DNA of 33,720 nt from a bacterium (GTDB lineage Bacteria; Ratteibacteria; UBA8468; B48-G9; JAFGKM01), in NCBI GenBank assembly GCA_029548585.1, contig JAKPNC010000259.1, positions 1 to 33,720 of the forward strand. Direction: 5' to 3'. This document shows positions 15,870 to 25,334 of this stretch, piece after piece (position 1 is the stretch's first letter; each line of letters opens with the position of its first letter). A model generated the notes under the pieces. It saw nothing but the letters and a program-made list of their open reading frames with translations, had not been told where the DNA came from and ran no database searches. Position numbers and translations under genes: made by a program.

Positions 15870-17647
15870 AAAGAATTATCCGGATCTTTTTCTTCCTACT
15901 TCTCTTATCCTGCGGACTTCTTTTCCCTGAAGAATATGAAAGTCTCCTGAGAAGGGGAGTCATATTCCTTAAACAGAAGATGTACGAGGAATCGCTTAAA
16001 CTTCTTGAGGAAGCACAGAAGCTGAGTCCCGAGAATTCCCTTACATATTATTACCTGGGCGAATCACTTTATTGCCTGGGTAAAACTGACAAGTCCATTG
16101 ACAACTACAGAAAGGCCATAGAGATCGATCCGACAGTCCCGGAATATTACCTTTCCCTGGCCATGGTATACCTTTCCATAAACAAGAAAGACGAATCCCT
16201 GGCGAACATTGACAAGGCTATCGAGATAGGGCCCGGAACGATTACCGGTAAAAAGGCAGCCAGGCTGAAGCAGGATATTGCTTCAGTTTCCGAGGGGAAA
16301 TCTCTTGTGGCGAAATGGGTCAAGATCGAGGAGGAAGAGGCGTTGAAACTTATAGAGTCTGCGGCCCAGGCGGCTCCGCAGGAAGGGATGCCCGATGAAA
16401 CGGGCCAGTTTCCGGAAGTCGTGAAGAAGGCAGAGAGGCTTGATATAGTCAAGCTTATCAGGAAGATACGGTTTGAGACTGAGACTGCAAGGAAGATGGC
16501 CTCAAGCGCCCTAAAGTATTATACACAGGCTGAATTGCAGCAGGTAACCGCGGACATGATAGATATCGCTTCCCCGGAGAGTGACAGGGACGTAAAGAGG
16601 AACCTGATCCTCGCCCTTGGAAAGGCTTCCACGCCTGAGGCCCTGGAACTGCTTCTCAGGATACTCCAGGACGGCAAGGAAACTTATGACATGAGGATAG
16701 CCGCACTCGAAGGCCTGTCATCTGCAAAAACCCAGGAGATAGTTGCGGCCGAGAGAACGACTCTCGACTCCATGGTTTTAAACAGGGAAAAGGAGAGGAA
16801 AGAGGCCCAGAAGAATATCGATGAAACGACAAAGAAGATAGAAAACATACAGACCAGGAAGGATGAACTCGTCCTGAAGAATCTCGAGCAGCAGGATAAG
16901 CTGAACCAGCTCAGCATGAAACTCCAGGAGATATCCATGCCGACAGAATTCGTAGATCCGGCCGCCCCCAGGTCGAGGGTTACAGCGCAGGAGATGACCA
17001 AGCTGAGAAGGGATATCAAGGCACTGGAGACAAGCATTGCAAAGCAGAACGAATCGATCGTACGCATGGACGAGGAAACTGCCGAGCTCCAGAGGCAGAA
17101 ACTGAGGTACGAAGGCCTTCTGGCGAAAAGGGAAGAAGAAAAGGATATCACGTTCCAGTCGCGTGCTCCCGCCGGAGCCATCGCCCCGGAAGAAACCATG
17201 ATGGATGCTCCTCCGGAAATGTTCGGAGAACCGGTTTACGTGGAAACTGACGAGGAAAAGAACGAAATAATATTTGCAATTTCTCTTATAAAGACACTGG
17301 GCAGCATGAGAGACGAAGAGAGCTTGCCCGTGATAAAGCGAGCGTGGGATGAATACAGGGTGGAACAGCAGAGGATCCATTACCTTCTTTCTCTTGCAAG
17401 GCTTTCCGATTTTTCCGGAGTTGATATGCTTATTGCAAGGCTGAGAAGTGATTATCTGGATGGACCGGCTTCGGAAGAGATCCTCCTCAGGGCAGGTATC
17501 ATAGAGGTCCTCGGGGACTATCTTCTCCAGAAATATGATGACAGGCTCGCCGGGCTGGTGGAATATCTGAGCGAAGAGGGAGGTTACCCTGAAATCAGGA
17601 AGGCAGCGTCGGGAGTCCTTGCAAAGATTGCCGTCAAACCAAAGTAA
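15866..17647 (+). CDS. Putative lipoprotein with TPR repeats, a central coiled-coil, and HEAT (PBS-lyase-like) repeats
   Basis: Signal/lipobox-like N-terminus [17 protein letters not shown]. Three TPR-like units (residues ~30-130). HEAT-like segments ([22 protein letters not shown]; [14 protein letters not shown]). A ~200-aa heptad-rich region rich in E, K, Q and L. Its ATG overlaps the prfA stop (ATGA), and its 3' end overlaps the prmC start. Confidence 0.75.
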   Translation: MKRIIRIFFFLLLLSCGLLFPEEYESLLRRGVIFLKQKMYEESLKLLEEAQKLSPENSLTYYYLGESLYCLGKTDKSIDNYRKAIEIDPTVPEYYLSLAMVYLSINKKDESLANIDKAIEIGPGTITGKKAARLKQDIASVSEGKSLVAKWVKIEEEEALKLIESAAQAAPQEGMPDETGQFPEVVKKAERLDIVKLIRKIRFETETARKMASSALKYYTQAELQQVTADMIDIASPESDRDVKRNLILALGKASTPEALELLLRILQDGKETYDMRIAALEGLSSAKTQEIVAAERTTLDSMVLNREKERKEAQKNIDETTKKIENIQTRKDELVLKNLEQQDKLNQLSMKLQEISMPTEFVDPAAPRSRVTAQEMTKLRRDIKALETSIAKQNESIVRMDEETAELQRQKLRYEGLLAKREEEKDITFQSRAPAGAIAPEETMMDAPPEMFGEPVYVETDEEKNEIIFAISLIKTLGSMRDEESLPVIKRAWDEYRVEQQRIHYLLSLARLSDFSGVDMLIARLRSDYLDGPASEEILLRAGIIEVLGDYLLQKYDDRLAGLVEYLSEEGGYPEIRKAASGVLAKIAVKPK

Positions 17648-18533
17648 GAGACGTACCCCCAGGCAGCTTATTTCAAGAGCAGGGCTTTTCCTCGAGGCAT
17701 CGGGCATAGACGAACCCTTCAGGAATGCGGAACTTCTTCTGTCTCATGTTATGGGCAGGCCCGTTGTCGATCTATACCTGGACTGGGACCAGGAGGTTTC
17801 CGCCGGGCAGGAGAAATCCTTCTTATCCCTGGTGGAAAAGAGATCCGGTGCGGTTCCCCTGCAGTACCTGACAGGAAGCGTTGATTTCTTCGGTTACAGG
17901 CTTATTGTCAGGAAGGGTGTTTTCATACCGAGGCCCGAAACGGAGTTGCTTGTAGAAGAGGCCCTGGATATTTACCGGCGGCATTTCAGCCCGAAACCGG
18001 TAAGGATACTGGACATAGGGACAGGTTCAGGAAATATAAGCGTGGCCCTCGCAGGAGAAATACCGGAGAGCAGGATTACCGCTACAGATATTTCTCAGGA
18101 TGCCCTTGATGCGGCATGCGAAAACGGGAGGCTTCACGGGGTCGGGGAGAGGATAAAATTCATCAGGCAGGATTCATTCCCTGCCGGATGCGGACGTTTC
18201 CATCTCATATTGAGCAATCCTCCCTACATTCCTGATAGAGAAATGTTAACGCTCCAGGATGAAGTGAAGAACGAACCAACCCAGGCGCTCCGGGCAGGAG
18301 CCGCCGGGATGGATGTCATAGAAAGGATTCTTGCAGGCGCATACAGGTACCTTGAACCCGGAGGCTATCTCATTCTCGAGATAGGATACGGGCAGGCAAA
18401 AATGGTCAGGAAGATCGAATGCGGCCTGCGCTTTTGTTATATAAAAAAAGATCTCTCGGGCATAGAAAGGTACCCGGTATTCAAAAAGGAAAACCATGGA
18501 CAAGTTTATCATAGAGGGAGGCAGGAAACTTGA
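17628..18533 (+). CDS. prmC: Release-factor glutamine N5-methyltransferase (PrmC/HemK)
   Basis: NPPYIP motif and the SAM-binding segment ILDIGTGSGNI. There is no in-frame ATG before conserved helix 1, so I propose a TTG start at 17628 (or 17619) overlapping the upstream stop. The exact start is uncertain. Confidence 0.75.
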   Translation: MPSNQSKRRTPRQLISRAGLFLEASGIDEPFRNAELLLSHVMGRPVVDLYLDWDQEVSAGQEKSFLSLVEKRSGAVPLQYLTGSVDFFGYRLIVRKGVFIPRPETELLVEEALDIYRRHFSPKPVRILDIGTGSGNISVALAGEIPESRITATDISQDALDAACENGRLHGVGERIKFIRQDSFPAGCGRFHLILSNPPYIPDREMLTLQDEVKNEPTQALRAGAAGMDVIERILAGAYRYLEPGGYLILEIGYGQAKMVRKIECGLRFCYIKKDLSGIERYPVFKKENHGQVYHRGRQET

Positions 18534-19761
18534 AGGGGAAGTGACGGTTTCAGGCTCCAAGAATGCCGCATTACCCATAATTTCATCCTGCCTTCTTGCC
18601 GAGGGTAAATCGTTGCTCCATAACATACCCGACGTGAAAGATGTACAGACCATGATAAAGATATTGAACAGCATGGGAGTTAAAACATCTTTCCGCAAAA
18701 ACACCCTGGAGATTGATCCTTCAGGGATAAACAGGTTTACGGCGCCGTACGAATTCGTGAGTACCATGAGGGGATCCGTATGCCTTCTAGGCCCTCTCGT
18801 TTCAAAATACGGGAAGGCCGTATTTTCAATGCCCGGGGGCTGTGTCATCGGTTCAAGACCCATAGACCTGCACATAAAGGGATTGAGGAAACTGGGTGCG
18901 GATATCAACCAGCAGGACGGGAATATAGTGAGCAGTTCCGGAAGGCTTGAAGGATCCACAGTTTTCCTTGGAGGAAATTTCGGATCAAGCGTCCTTGCAA
19001 CGGCCAACATAATGATGGCGGCGACCCTTGCAAAGGGAGAGACCTGCATAGAGAGCGCGGCTTGCGAACCTGAGATCGTCGATCTTGCCAGGATGCTTAA
19101 AAAGATGGGAGCAAAGATATACGGAGAGGGCTCTCATTTTATCAGGATCGAGGGGGTCAGGAAGCTTAAGGGAGTGGAATACGGCATTATACCCGACAGG
19201 ATAGAGGCCTGCACCTACGTTCTCGCTGCATTCCTTACACGTGGAAATGTGGGGATAAGGGGAGTAGTTCCGGAACACGTATTTTCTTTTCTGGACGTTC
19301 TCGGGGATGCGGGAATATCCATGGACATAAAGAACGATACCGTATGGACAAGATCCGCCCCGGGATGGAAAGCCGTCGATATAACAACCCTTCCTTTTCC
19401 AGGATTTCCCACGGACCTACAGGCCCAGACGATGACATTTCTTGCCATGGCCGATGGAGTGAGCGTTATAACGGAAAAGGTTTTTCCCGAGAGGTTCATA
19501 CACGTGGGGGAACTTAACAGACTCGGAGCCAGCATAAGCCTTGACGGCGCAAGGGCGATCATAAAGGGAGTCGACAGGCTCAGCGGAGCCAGGGTGATGG
19601 CTTCTGACCTGCGTGCCAGCGCCGCGCTGGTCCTTGCCGGGCTCGTTGCAGAAGGCAGAACCGAGGTTTCGAGGATTTACCATCTTGACCGGGGATACGA
19701 GAGGTTCGAGGGAAAACTCAGGAACCTGGGAGCTGTGATTGAAAGGGTCAACGAAAAATAA
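18496..19761 (+). CDS. murA: UDP-N-acetylglucosamine 1-carboxyvinyltransferase
   Basis: MDKFIIEGGRKLEGEVTVSGSKNAALPI start; 421 aa. RBS AAAGGA. Overlaps the prmC 3' end by 38 nt. Confidence 0.9.
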   Translation: MDKFIIEGGRKLEGEVTVSGSKNAALPIISSCLLAEGKSLLHNIPDVKDVQTMIKILNSMGVKTSFRKNTLEIDPSGINRFTAPYEFVSTMRGSVCLLGPLVSKYGKAVFSMPGGCVIGSRPIDLHIKGLRKLGADINQQDGNIVSSSGRLEGSTVFLGGNFGSSVLATANIMMAATLAKGETCIESAACEPEIVDLARMLKKMGAKIYGEGSHFIRIEGVRKLKGVEYGIIPDRIEACTYVLAAFLTRGNVGIRGVVPEHVFSFLDVLGDAGISMDIKNDTVWTRSAPGWKAVDITTLPFPGFPTDLQAQTMTFLAMADGVSVITEKVFPERFIHVGELNRLGASISLDGARAIIKGVDRLSGARVMASDLRASAALVLAGLVAEGRTEVSRIYHLDRGYERFEGKLRNLGAVIERVNEK

Positions 19762-19784
19762 AGAATAAATGTTACGGAGCTGAA

Positions 19785-20579
19785 ATGGAAAAAACAGGCA
19801 TTGTGGTATGCGGAGCAGGCGGAAGAATGGGAAGACTCATAATTCAGCTTGCCATGGAAAACCCCGGATTCGTTGTAACCGCGGGAGTGGAAACTGACAG
19901 CAGGCTTGCCGGAGAGGTATCATCTATGGGAATAAGAGTGGTTGCAAGCCTGTCGGACCTGTCATTATGCGGGAATGTAGTTATAGATTTTACGAAGCCG
20001 GAGGCAACAAGCGAAATAATAGGGATATGCGCTGAAAAAAGAGCAGGCGCCGTGGTGGGAACGACAGGCCTTAATAAAGCCCAGAAAGATAAGGTTGCCG
20101 AGGCTTCGGAGGTGATACCCGTCTTCTTCGCTCCAAACATGAGCCTGGGAGTGAACCTCTTCATGGAGGTAATCAGGGTCGCATCTTCCCTGATGAAGGA
20201 ATACGAGGCGGAAATTTCGGAGATACACCACCATTTCAAGAAGGACGCACCCAGCGGCACCGCAAGGAAGATCGCAGAGATCATATGCGAGACCACGGGA
20301 AGAAGGTACGAGGACGTGGCAAAGTGCGGCAGGGAGGGAACGGGAGATGCAAGGAGCAGGGATGAGATAGGAATCCATTCCCTGAGAATCGGGGACATAG
20401 TGGGGGAGCATTCGGTATATTTCGGAGGCAGGGGAGAAATAATGGAATTCACCCACAGGTGCTATAACCGGGAATCTTTTGCTTCCGGAGCCCTTAAGGC
20501 GGCCAGGTTTATTTCGGGGAAAAAGGCAGGGATGTATAATATGCAAGACCTCATAAAAGAGGAGACAAAGGTCTGTTGA
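19785..20579 (+). CDS. dapB: 4-hydroxy-tetrahydrodipicolinate reductase
   Basis: GAGGRMGR Rossmann start and the EISEIHHHFKKDAPSGTA signature; 264 aa. Confidence 0.9.
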   Translation: MEKTGIVVCGAGGRMGRLIIQLAMENPGFVVTAGVETDSRLAGEVSSMGIRVVASLSDLSLCGNVVIDFTKPEATSEIIGICAEKRAGAVVGTTGLNKAQKDKVAEASEVIPVFFAPNMSLGVNLFMEVIRVASSLMKEYEAEISEIHHHFKKDAPSGTARKIAEIICETTGRRYEDVAKCGREGTGDARSRDEIGIHSLRIGDIVGEHSVYFGGRGEIMEFTHRCYNRESFASGALKAARFISGKKAGMYNMQDLIKEETKVC

Positions 20580-20585
20580 AGTCAT

Positions 20586-20616
20586 TCCCGGCCATATTAG
20601 TATGCCGGGATTTATC
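20586..20616 (+). terminator. Candidate hairpin / weak terminator between dapB and dapL
   Basis: TCCCGGC-(11-nt loop)-GCCGGGA followed by TTTAT. The U-tract is weak. Confidence 0.35.
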
Positions 20617-20668
20617 ACATCCCGGCGCACATCGCGCAATAATCGCATTCAAAGGAAAGGAGGAATGA

Positions 20669-21829
20669 ATGTTCGAGGTTAGCGAAAGGCTTAAAAATCT
20701 TCCACCGTATCTTTTTGCAGAGATAGACAGGAAAAAGAAGAAGCTCATTTCAGAAGGCCACGATATCATAGATTTCGGAATCGGAGATCCAGATCTTCCA
20801 ACCCCGGAGAATATTGTTGAAGCTATGAAGAAGGGGGTTGGCAACGCGTCCTACCACAGGTATCCGATCGGGAAAGGCATGGCAGATTTCAGGAAAGCCA
20901 TATCTGAATACTACAGGGAGAATTGCCAGGTGGAGATTGATCCTGACAGCGAGGTGTGCGTTCTCATAGGTTCAAAAGAAGGAATAGCACATTTTCCATG
21001 GGCTTTCCTCAACAGGGGAGACATCACCCTTGTTCCGGAACCCTGCTATCCGGTTTACCACATAGGAACGAGGCTGTCGGAGGGAACGCCTTTTTTCATG
21101 CCCTTGAAAAGTGAAAAAGGTTTCCTGCCGGATCTCGGAAGCATACCTTCAGGCGCGGCGGAGAAAGCCAGGATAATGTACCTCAACTATCCAAATAACC
21201 CGACAGCTGCTTTTGCGACGCGGGATTTTCTCATGGAAGCAATCAGTTTCTGCAAAAAGCACGGTATAATACTGGCATACGATGCAGCTTACAGCGAGAT
21301 ATATTTCGAAGAAAAGCCCGTAAGTTTCCTTTCCCTTCCAGGTGCCAAGGATGTAGGCATTGAATTCAATTCTCTTTCAAAGCCTTTTAACATGACGGGA
21401 TGGAGGGCTGGATGGGCTTGCGGCAACGCGAGCCTTGTAGCCGGACTTGCAAAGATAAAGGAGAATATAGATTCCGGGACTTTTGAGGCAGTGCAGTTTT
21501 CAGGAGTCGAAGCTTTGCGCAACGGCCGCAAGAGCACAGAGGAGATGAGAAAGATATACAGGTCGAGAAGGGACTTGCTCGTTGAAGGGCTCAGGAAGGC
21601 CGGGTTTGACGCGCAGGCTCCGGGCGGGGCTTTCTACCTCTGGCTGAAGGTCGGGGGAAGCTCCATAGATTTTGCCGACGATCTTCTCGGGAGGGGAAAG
21701 ATTGTTGTTACTCCCGGAGTGGGCTTCGGACCCTCAGGAGAGGGATTTATAAGATTTTCGCTTACCATCGGAGAAGAAAGGATAAAAGAAGCCATAGGCA
21801 GGATCAACAAGCTTCGGGGGAAGAATTAA
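20669..21829 (+). CDS. dapL: LL-diaminopimelate aminotransferase-like class-I PLP aminotransferase (DapL type)
   Basis: N-terminal NLPPYLFAEIDRKKKKLISEGHDIIDFGIGDPDLPTP, typical of DapL. The PLP-lysine region is SLSKPFNMTGWR; 386 aa. Strong RBS AAAGGAAAGGAGGA. Confidence 0.75.
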   Translation: MFEVSERLKNLPPYLFAEIDRKKKKLISEGHDIIDFGIGDPDLPTPENIVEAMKKGVGNASYHRYPIGKGMADFRKAISEYYRENCQVEIDPDSEVCVLIGSKEGIAHFPWAFLNRGDITLVPEPCYPVYHIGTRLSEGTPFFMPLKSEKGFLPDLGSIPSGAAEKARIMYLNYPNNPTAAFATRDFLMEAISFCKKHGIILAYDAAYSEIYFEEKPVSFLSLPGAKDVGIEFNSLSKPFNMTGWRAGWACGNASLVAGLAKIKENIDSGTFEAVQFSGVEALRNGRKSTEEMRKIYRSRRDLLVEGLRKAGFDAQAPGGAFYLWLKVGGSSIDFADDLLGRGKIVVTPGVGFGPSGEGFIRFSLTIGEERIKEAIGRINKLRGKN

Positions 21830-21830
21830 C

Positions 21831-22289
21831 ATGGATAAAAAGATAGCCGTTGTTGTCGGGAGCAAGAATGATTTGCCTTACCTGGATGGGGCAAAGGAGA
21901 TTCTTGAGCGATTCGGCATACCTTACGAGGTGATGGTTATGTCAGCCCACAGGAGCCTTGACAGGACAATGGAGTTTGCGGAAAAGGCCGAGGCTGAAGG
22001 TTTCGGGGCAATTATAGCCTGCGCGGGCATGGCGGCGCATCTTCCCGGGGTTATTGCGGCCAAGACCATCCTGCCCGTCATCGGCGTCCCCCTGCCCACC
22101 AGCGACATAAAGGGCATGGATGCTCTTCTCGCAATCGTACAGATGCCTTCAGGCGTTCCCGTGGCAACCATGGCCATAGGGAAATCAGGGGTCAAAAACG
22201 GCGCGATCCTGGCTGCAGAGATACTTTCCCTGAACGATGAGGGGTTGAAAAAAAAACTTAAAGAATACAAATTGTCACTGGGACAATAA
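21831..22289 (+). CDS. purE: N5-carboxyaminoimidazole ribonucleotide mutase (PurE)
   Basis: IAVVVGSKNDLPYL, MSAHRSLDRT and AGMAAHLPGVIAAKTILPVIGVP motifs; 152 aa. Confidence 0.85.
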   Translation: MDKKIAVVVGSKNDLPYLDGAKEILERFGIPYEVMVMSAHRSLDRTMEFAEKAEAEGFGAIIACAGMAAHLPGVIAAKTILPVIGVPLPTSDIKGMDALLAIVQMPSGVPVATMAIGKSGVKNGAILAAEILSLNDEGLKKKLKEYKLSLGQ

Positions 22290-22299
22290 AGAAGGAGAA

Positions 22300-23187
22300 A
22301 TGTTTATAGACATACATGTTCATCTGAGAAAGCACCAGACTTACCTCCTGAAGGGTAAGGCAACCTATTCTACCCCGGAGCAATTGCTCAGGAGGTACGA
22401 TACCCTCGGCATAGAAAAGGCGGTTATCCTCAGGGGCGGAGTTTCCCCCGAGTGCGGTCTGCAGGGACAGTCGATTGAAGAAGTCTTCGATATATGCGAA
22501 AAGTATCCCGGAAGGTTCATACCATTCTGCAACATAGATCCGAGGTTCATGACAAACACGCCCCATGCGCCTCTCGAAGAGATCATAGGGTATTACAAGG
22601 AATGCGGCTGCAAAGGCATAGGAGAGTTATGTGCAAATCTGCCTTTCCTTGATCCTATGGTACAGAACCTTTTCAGGAAAGCCGAACAGGTGGGAGACAT
22701 GCCGGTGACATTCCACGTAGCCCCGTTCATCGGGGGCACGTACGGACTTTACGACGACCCCGGGCTGCCCCAACTCGAGATGACTCTCATGAATTTTCCA
22801 GGGCTCAAATTCCTGGGCCATTCGACGGCCTTCTGGGCTGAGATCGCGGAACTTGAAACACCCGGAGAACGTTATCTTTATCCGACTTCTCCTGTGAAAA
22901 AAGAAGGGGTTGTGCCGAAGCTTTTCAGAAGGTACGGGAACCTGCTGGGAGACCTTTCCGCCGGGAGCGGTTATTACGCCCTTTCCAGGGATCCTGAGTA
23001 TGGCGCAAGATTCCTCGAAGAATTCCAGGACAGGCTTTTTTTCGGCACCGACATATGCGAGCCCGACAGCGATACGCCCCTGGTGAATTTCCTGCTGAAA
23101 CTCAGGGACGAGGGAAAGATAACGGAAGAGGTTTTCAGAAAGGTTGCAAGGGAGAATGCCGTGAAGCTTCTGGGCATTGACGGGTGA
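22300..23187 (+). CDS. Amidohydrolase-2 family metal-dependent hydrolase (third paralog in this window)
   Basis: MFIDIHVHL (HxH), FHVAP, and FFGTDICEPD (strand-8 Asp). YPGRFIPFCNIDP parallels YPGSLRAYCGINP in the 10411 ORF. RBS AAGGAGAAA. Confidence 0.7.
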   Translation: MFIDIHVHLRKHQTYLLKGKATYSTPEQLLRRYDTLGIEKAVILRGGVSPECGLQGQSIEEVFDICEKYPGRFIPFCNIDPRFMTNTPHAPLEEIIGYYKECGCKGIGELCANLPFLDPMVQNLFRKAEQVGDMPVTFHVAPFIGGTYGLYDDPGLPQLEMTLMNFPGLKFLGHSTAFWAEIAELETPGERYLYPTSPVKKEGVVPKLFRRYGNLLGDLSAGSGYYALSRDPEYGARFLEEFQDRLFFGTDICEPDSDTPLVNFLLKLRDEGKITEEVFRKVARENAVKLLGIDG

Positions 23188-23190
23188 GAC

Positions 23191-23220
23191 CGGATGTGAA
23201 AAAATCCGCACCGCTTTTTT
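23191..23220 (+). terminator. Candidate intrinsic terminator after the amidohydrolase gene
   Basis: CGGAT-GTGAAAAA-ATCCG hairpin, then CACCGC and TTTTTT. Confidence 0.35.
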
Positions 23221-23344
23221 CGCTTTGAAGCCAGACAAAAAAAATGGCGGTCCTTCAGTACCAGGGGCTGGTAAAAACATGGCGGCAGGTTGCTGTTTCA
23301 TAAGATGCGCAATTCAGAACACCCAAAGGGAAAAGGAGGAATAA

Positions 23345-24316
23345 ATGGCTGTTAGTTTCAGGGAACTGGGATTGGTAAATACCAAGGAATTGTTTTCGAA
23401 GGCAATGAAGGGCGGATATGCCGTGCCTGCTTATAATTTTAACAACATGGAACAGCTCCAGGCGATAATAATGGCTTGTGTTGAATGCAAGTCGCCGGTT
23501 ATCCTTCAGATATCGAAGGGCGCAAGGCAGTATGCAAACCAGACTCTCCTGAGGCACATGGTACCCGGGGCGGTCGAGATGGCAAGGGAGATGGGCAGCA
23601 ATATCCCGGTTGCACTAAACCTGGACCACGGTGACACTTTTGAACTTGCGAAAAGCTGCGTGGACTATGGTTTTTCAAACGTAATGATTGACGGATCTCA
23701 CCTTCCATTCGATAAGAACGTCGAGTTGACAAAGAAGGTGGTGGAATACTCCCATGATAAAGGCGTGACAGTTGAAGGCGAACTTGGCGTGCTTGCGGGC
23801 ATAGAAGAACACGTTTCGTCAGAGGTAACACATTATACACGCCCGGAGGAGGTTGAGTCCTTCGTCTCCAGGACGGGGGTCGACAGCCTTGCTATCTCTA
23901 TAGGCACATCCCATGGTGCGTATAAGTTCAAGGTAAAACCCGGCCAGGAGATACCTCCGCTCAGGTTCGACATCCTTGAAGAGTGCCAGAGAAGGCTTCC
24001 CGGTTTTCCGATAGTACTTCACGGTGCCTCATCCGTACTTGTAAAGTATATAGAGATAATCAATGCATACGGCGGAAAGCTGGAAAATACAGCCGGCGTA
24101 CCGGAAGAGCAGATAAAGATGGCCGTAAAGACAAACGTGTGCAAGGTCAACATAGATTCCGACGGAAGGCTTGTGATGACAGCAATGATAAGAAAGTACC
24201 TTGCAGAGAATCCCAGTGAATTCGATCCGAGGAAATATCTGGGCCCGGCAAGAGAGGCCCTGAAAGAGATGTACATTGCCAAGTGCAAGCTTCTTGGAAG
24301 CGATGAAAAAGCATGA
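23345..24316 (+). CDS. fba: Class II fructose-bisphosphate aldolase
   Basis: AVPAYNFNNMEQLQAIIMACVECKSPVILQIS and the zinc-ligand regions LNLDHGD and IGTSHGAYKF; 323 aa. RBS AAAAGGAGGA. Confidence 0.9.
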   Translation: MAVSFRELGLVNTKELFSKAMKGGYAVPAYNFNNMEQLQAIIMACVECKSPVILQISKGARQYANQTLLRHMVPGAVEMAREMGSNIPVALNLDHGDTFELAKSCVDYGFSNVMIDGSHLPFDKNVELTKKVVEYSHDKGVTVEGELGVLAGIEEHVSSEVTHYTRPEEVESFVSRTGVDSLAISIGTSHGAYKFKVKPGQEIPPLRFDILEECQRRLPGFPIVLHGASSVLVKYIEIINAYGGKLENTAGVPEEQIKMAVKTNVCKVNIDSDGRLVMTAMIRKYLAENPSEFDPRKYLGPAREALKEMYIAKCKLLGSDEKA

Positions 24317-24331
24317 AGAAGGAATGAGAGG

Positions 24332-25297
24332 ATGAAGAGGATAGGAATACTAACGACAGGGGGAGACGCCCCGGGAATGAACGTTGCCATCAGGGCTGCC
24401 GTCAGGACGGCGCTCGGCATGGGAATCGGCGTTACGGGTATAGAGAAGGGATACAGGGGACTTCACGAGAAGCTTTTCATTGAACTGGATTCCAGGAGCG
24501 TAAGCGGCATCATAAACAAGGGAGGCACTTTCCTGAAAACCATAAGGTTTCCGGAATTCAAGGATCCCGGCGTGAGAAAAAAAGCTTATGCCAACCTGAG
24601 GTCCTCAGGCATAGAGGGACTCGTTGTTATCGGGGGCGACGGCTCTGCAAAGGGAGCCTACTATTTCTCGACCGATTTCGATTTTCCCGTTGTTCTTGTG
24701 CCTGCTTCCATAGACAACGACCTGTATGGCAGCGATTTCACCGTGGGTTTCGACACGGCTGTCAATACCGCAGTGGAGGCGGTTGACAAGATAAGGGATA
24801 CAGCTACAAGCCACGAGAGAACGTTCATAATAGAGGTAATGGGCAGGGAGAAGGGGAATTTTGCCATAGAGGTTGCGGTTGCCTGCGGAGCTGAGATAGC
24901 GCTTGTACCGGAGATTCCCGCTGACTGGAACGGGATTGCCGAATCTCTGAGGGCTCAGGAAGCCATGGGGAAGACAAGCTCCATAATAATCATGGCCGAA
25001 GGAGCGGGAAAGGCAGAAAGCCTGGCGGCTTTTCTCAGAGAGAAGCTTCCTGAAAGGGAAATAAGGTATTCGGTTCTGGGATACATACAGAGAGGGGGCA
25101 GTCCCACTTACTTTACAAGGGTCCTGGCGACAAGGTTCGGCTCGGAGGCTGTAAGACTTCTCGCTGCGGGAAAATATCCTTTCATGGTGGGAATAAAGGG
25201 TGACGAGATTCTTTATACACCCCTGAAGAGAGTGGTTACAACGTCCAGGCTTCCAAACCTCGGAAATATAGAATTGATAAACAGGATGGCAATATAA
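24332..25297 (+). CDS. pfkA: ATP-dependent 6-phosphofructokinase
   Basis: [24 protein letters not shown], with VVIGGDGS and MGRE motifs; 321 aa. Confidence 0.9.
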   Translation: MKRIGILTTGGDAPGMNVAIRAAVRTALGMGIGVTGIEKGYRGLHEKLFIELDSRSVSGIINKGGTFLKTIRFPEFKDPGVRKKAYANLRSSGIEGLVVIGGDGSAKGAYYFSTDFDFPVVLVPASIDNDLYGSDFTVGFDTAVNTAVEAVDKIRDTATSHERTFIIEVMGREKGNFAIEVAVACGAEIALVPEIPADWNGIAESLRAQEAMGKTSSIIIMAEGAGKAESLAAFLREKLPEREIRYSVLGYIQRGGSPTYFTRVLATRFGSEAVRLLAAGKYPFMVGIKGDEILYTPLKRVVTTSRLPNLGNIELINRMAI

Positions 25298-25334
25298 CGG
25301 GATGAGGGATACGAAGGCAAAGGAGACTCTTAAA

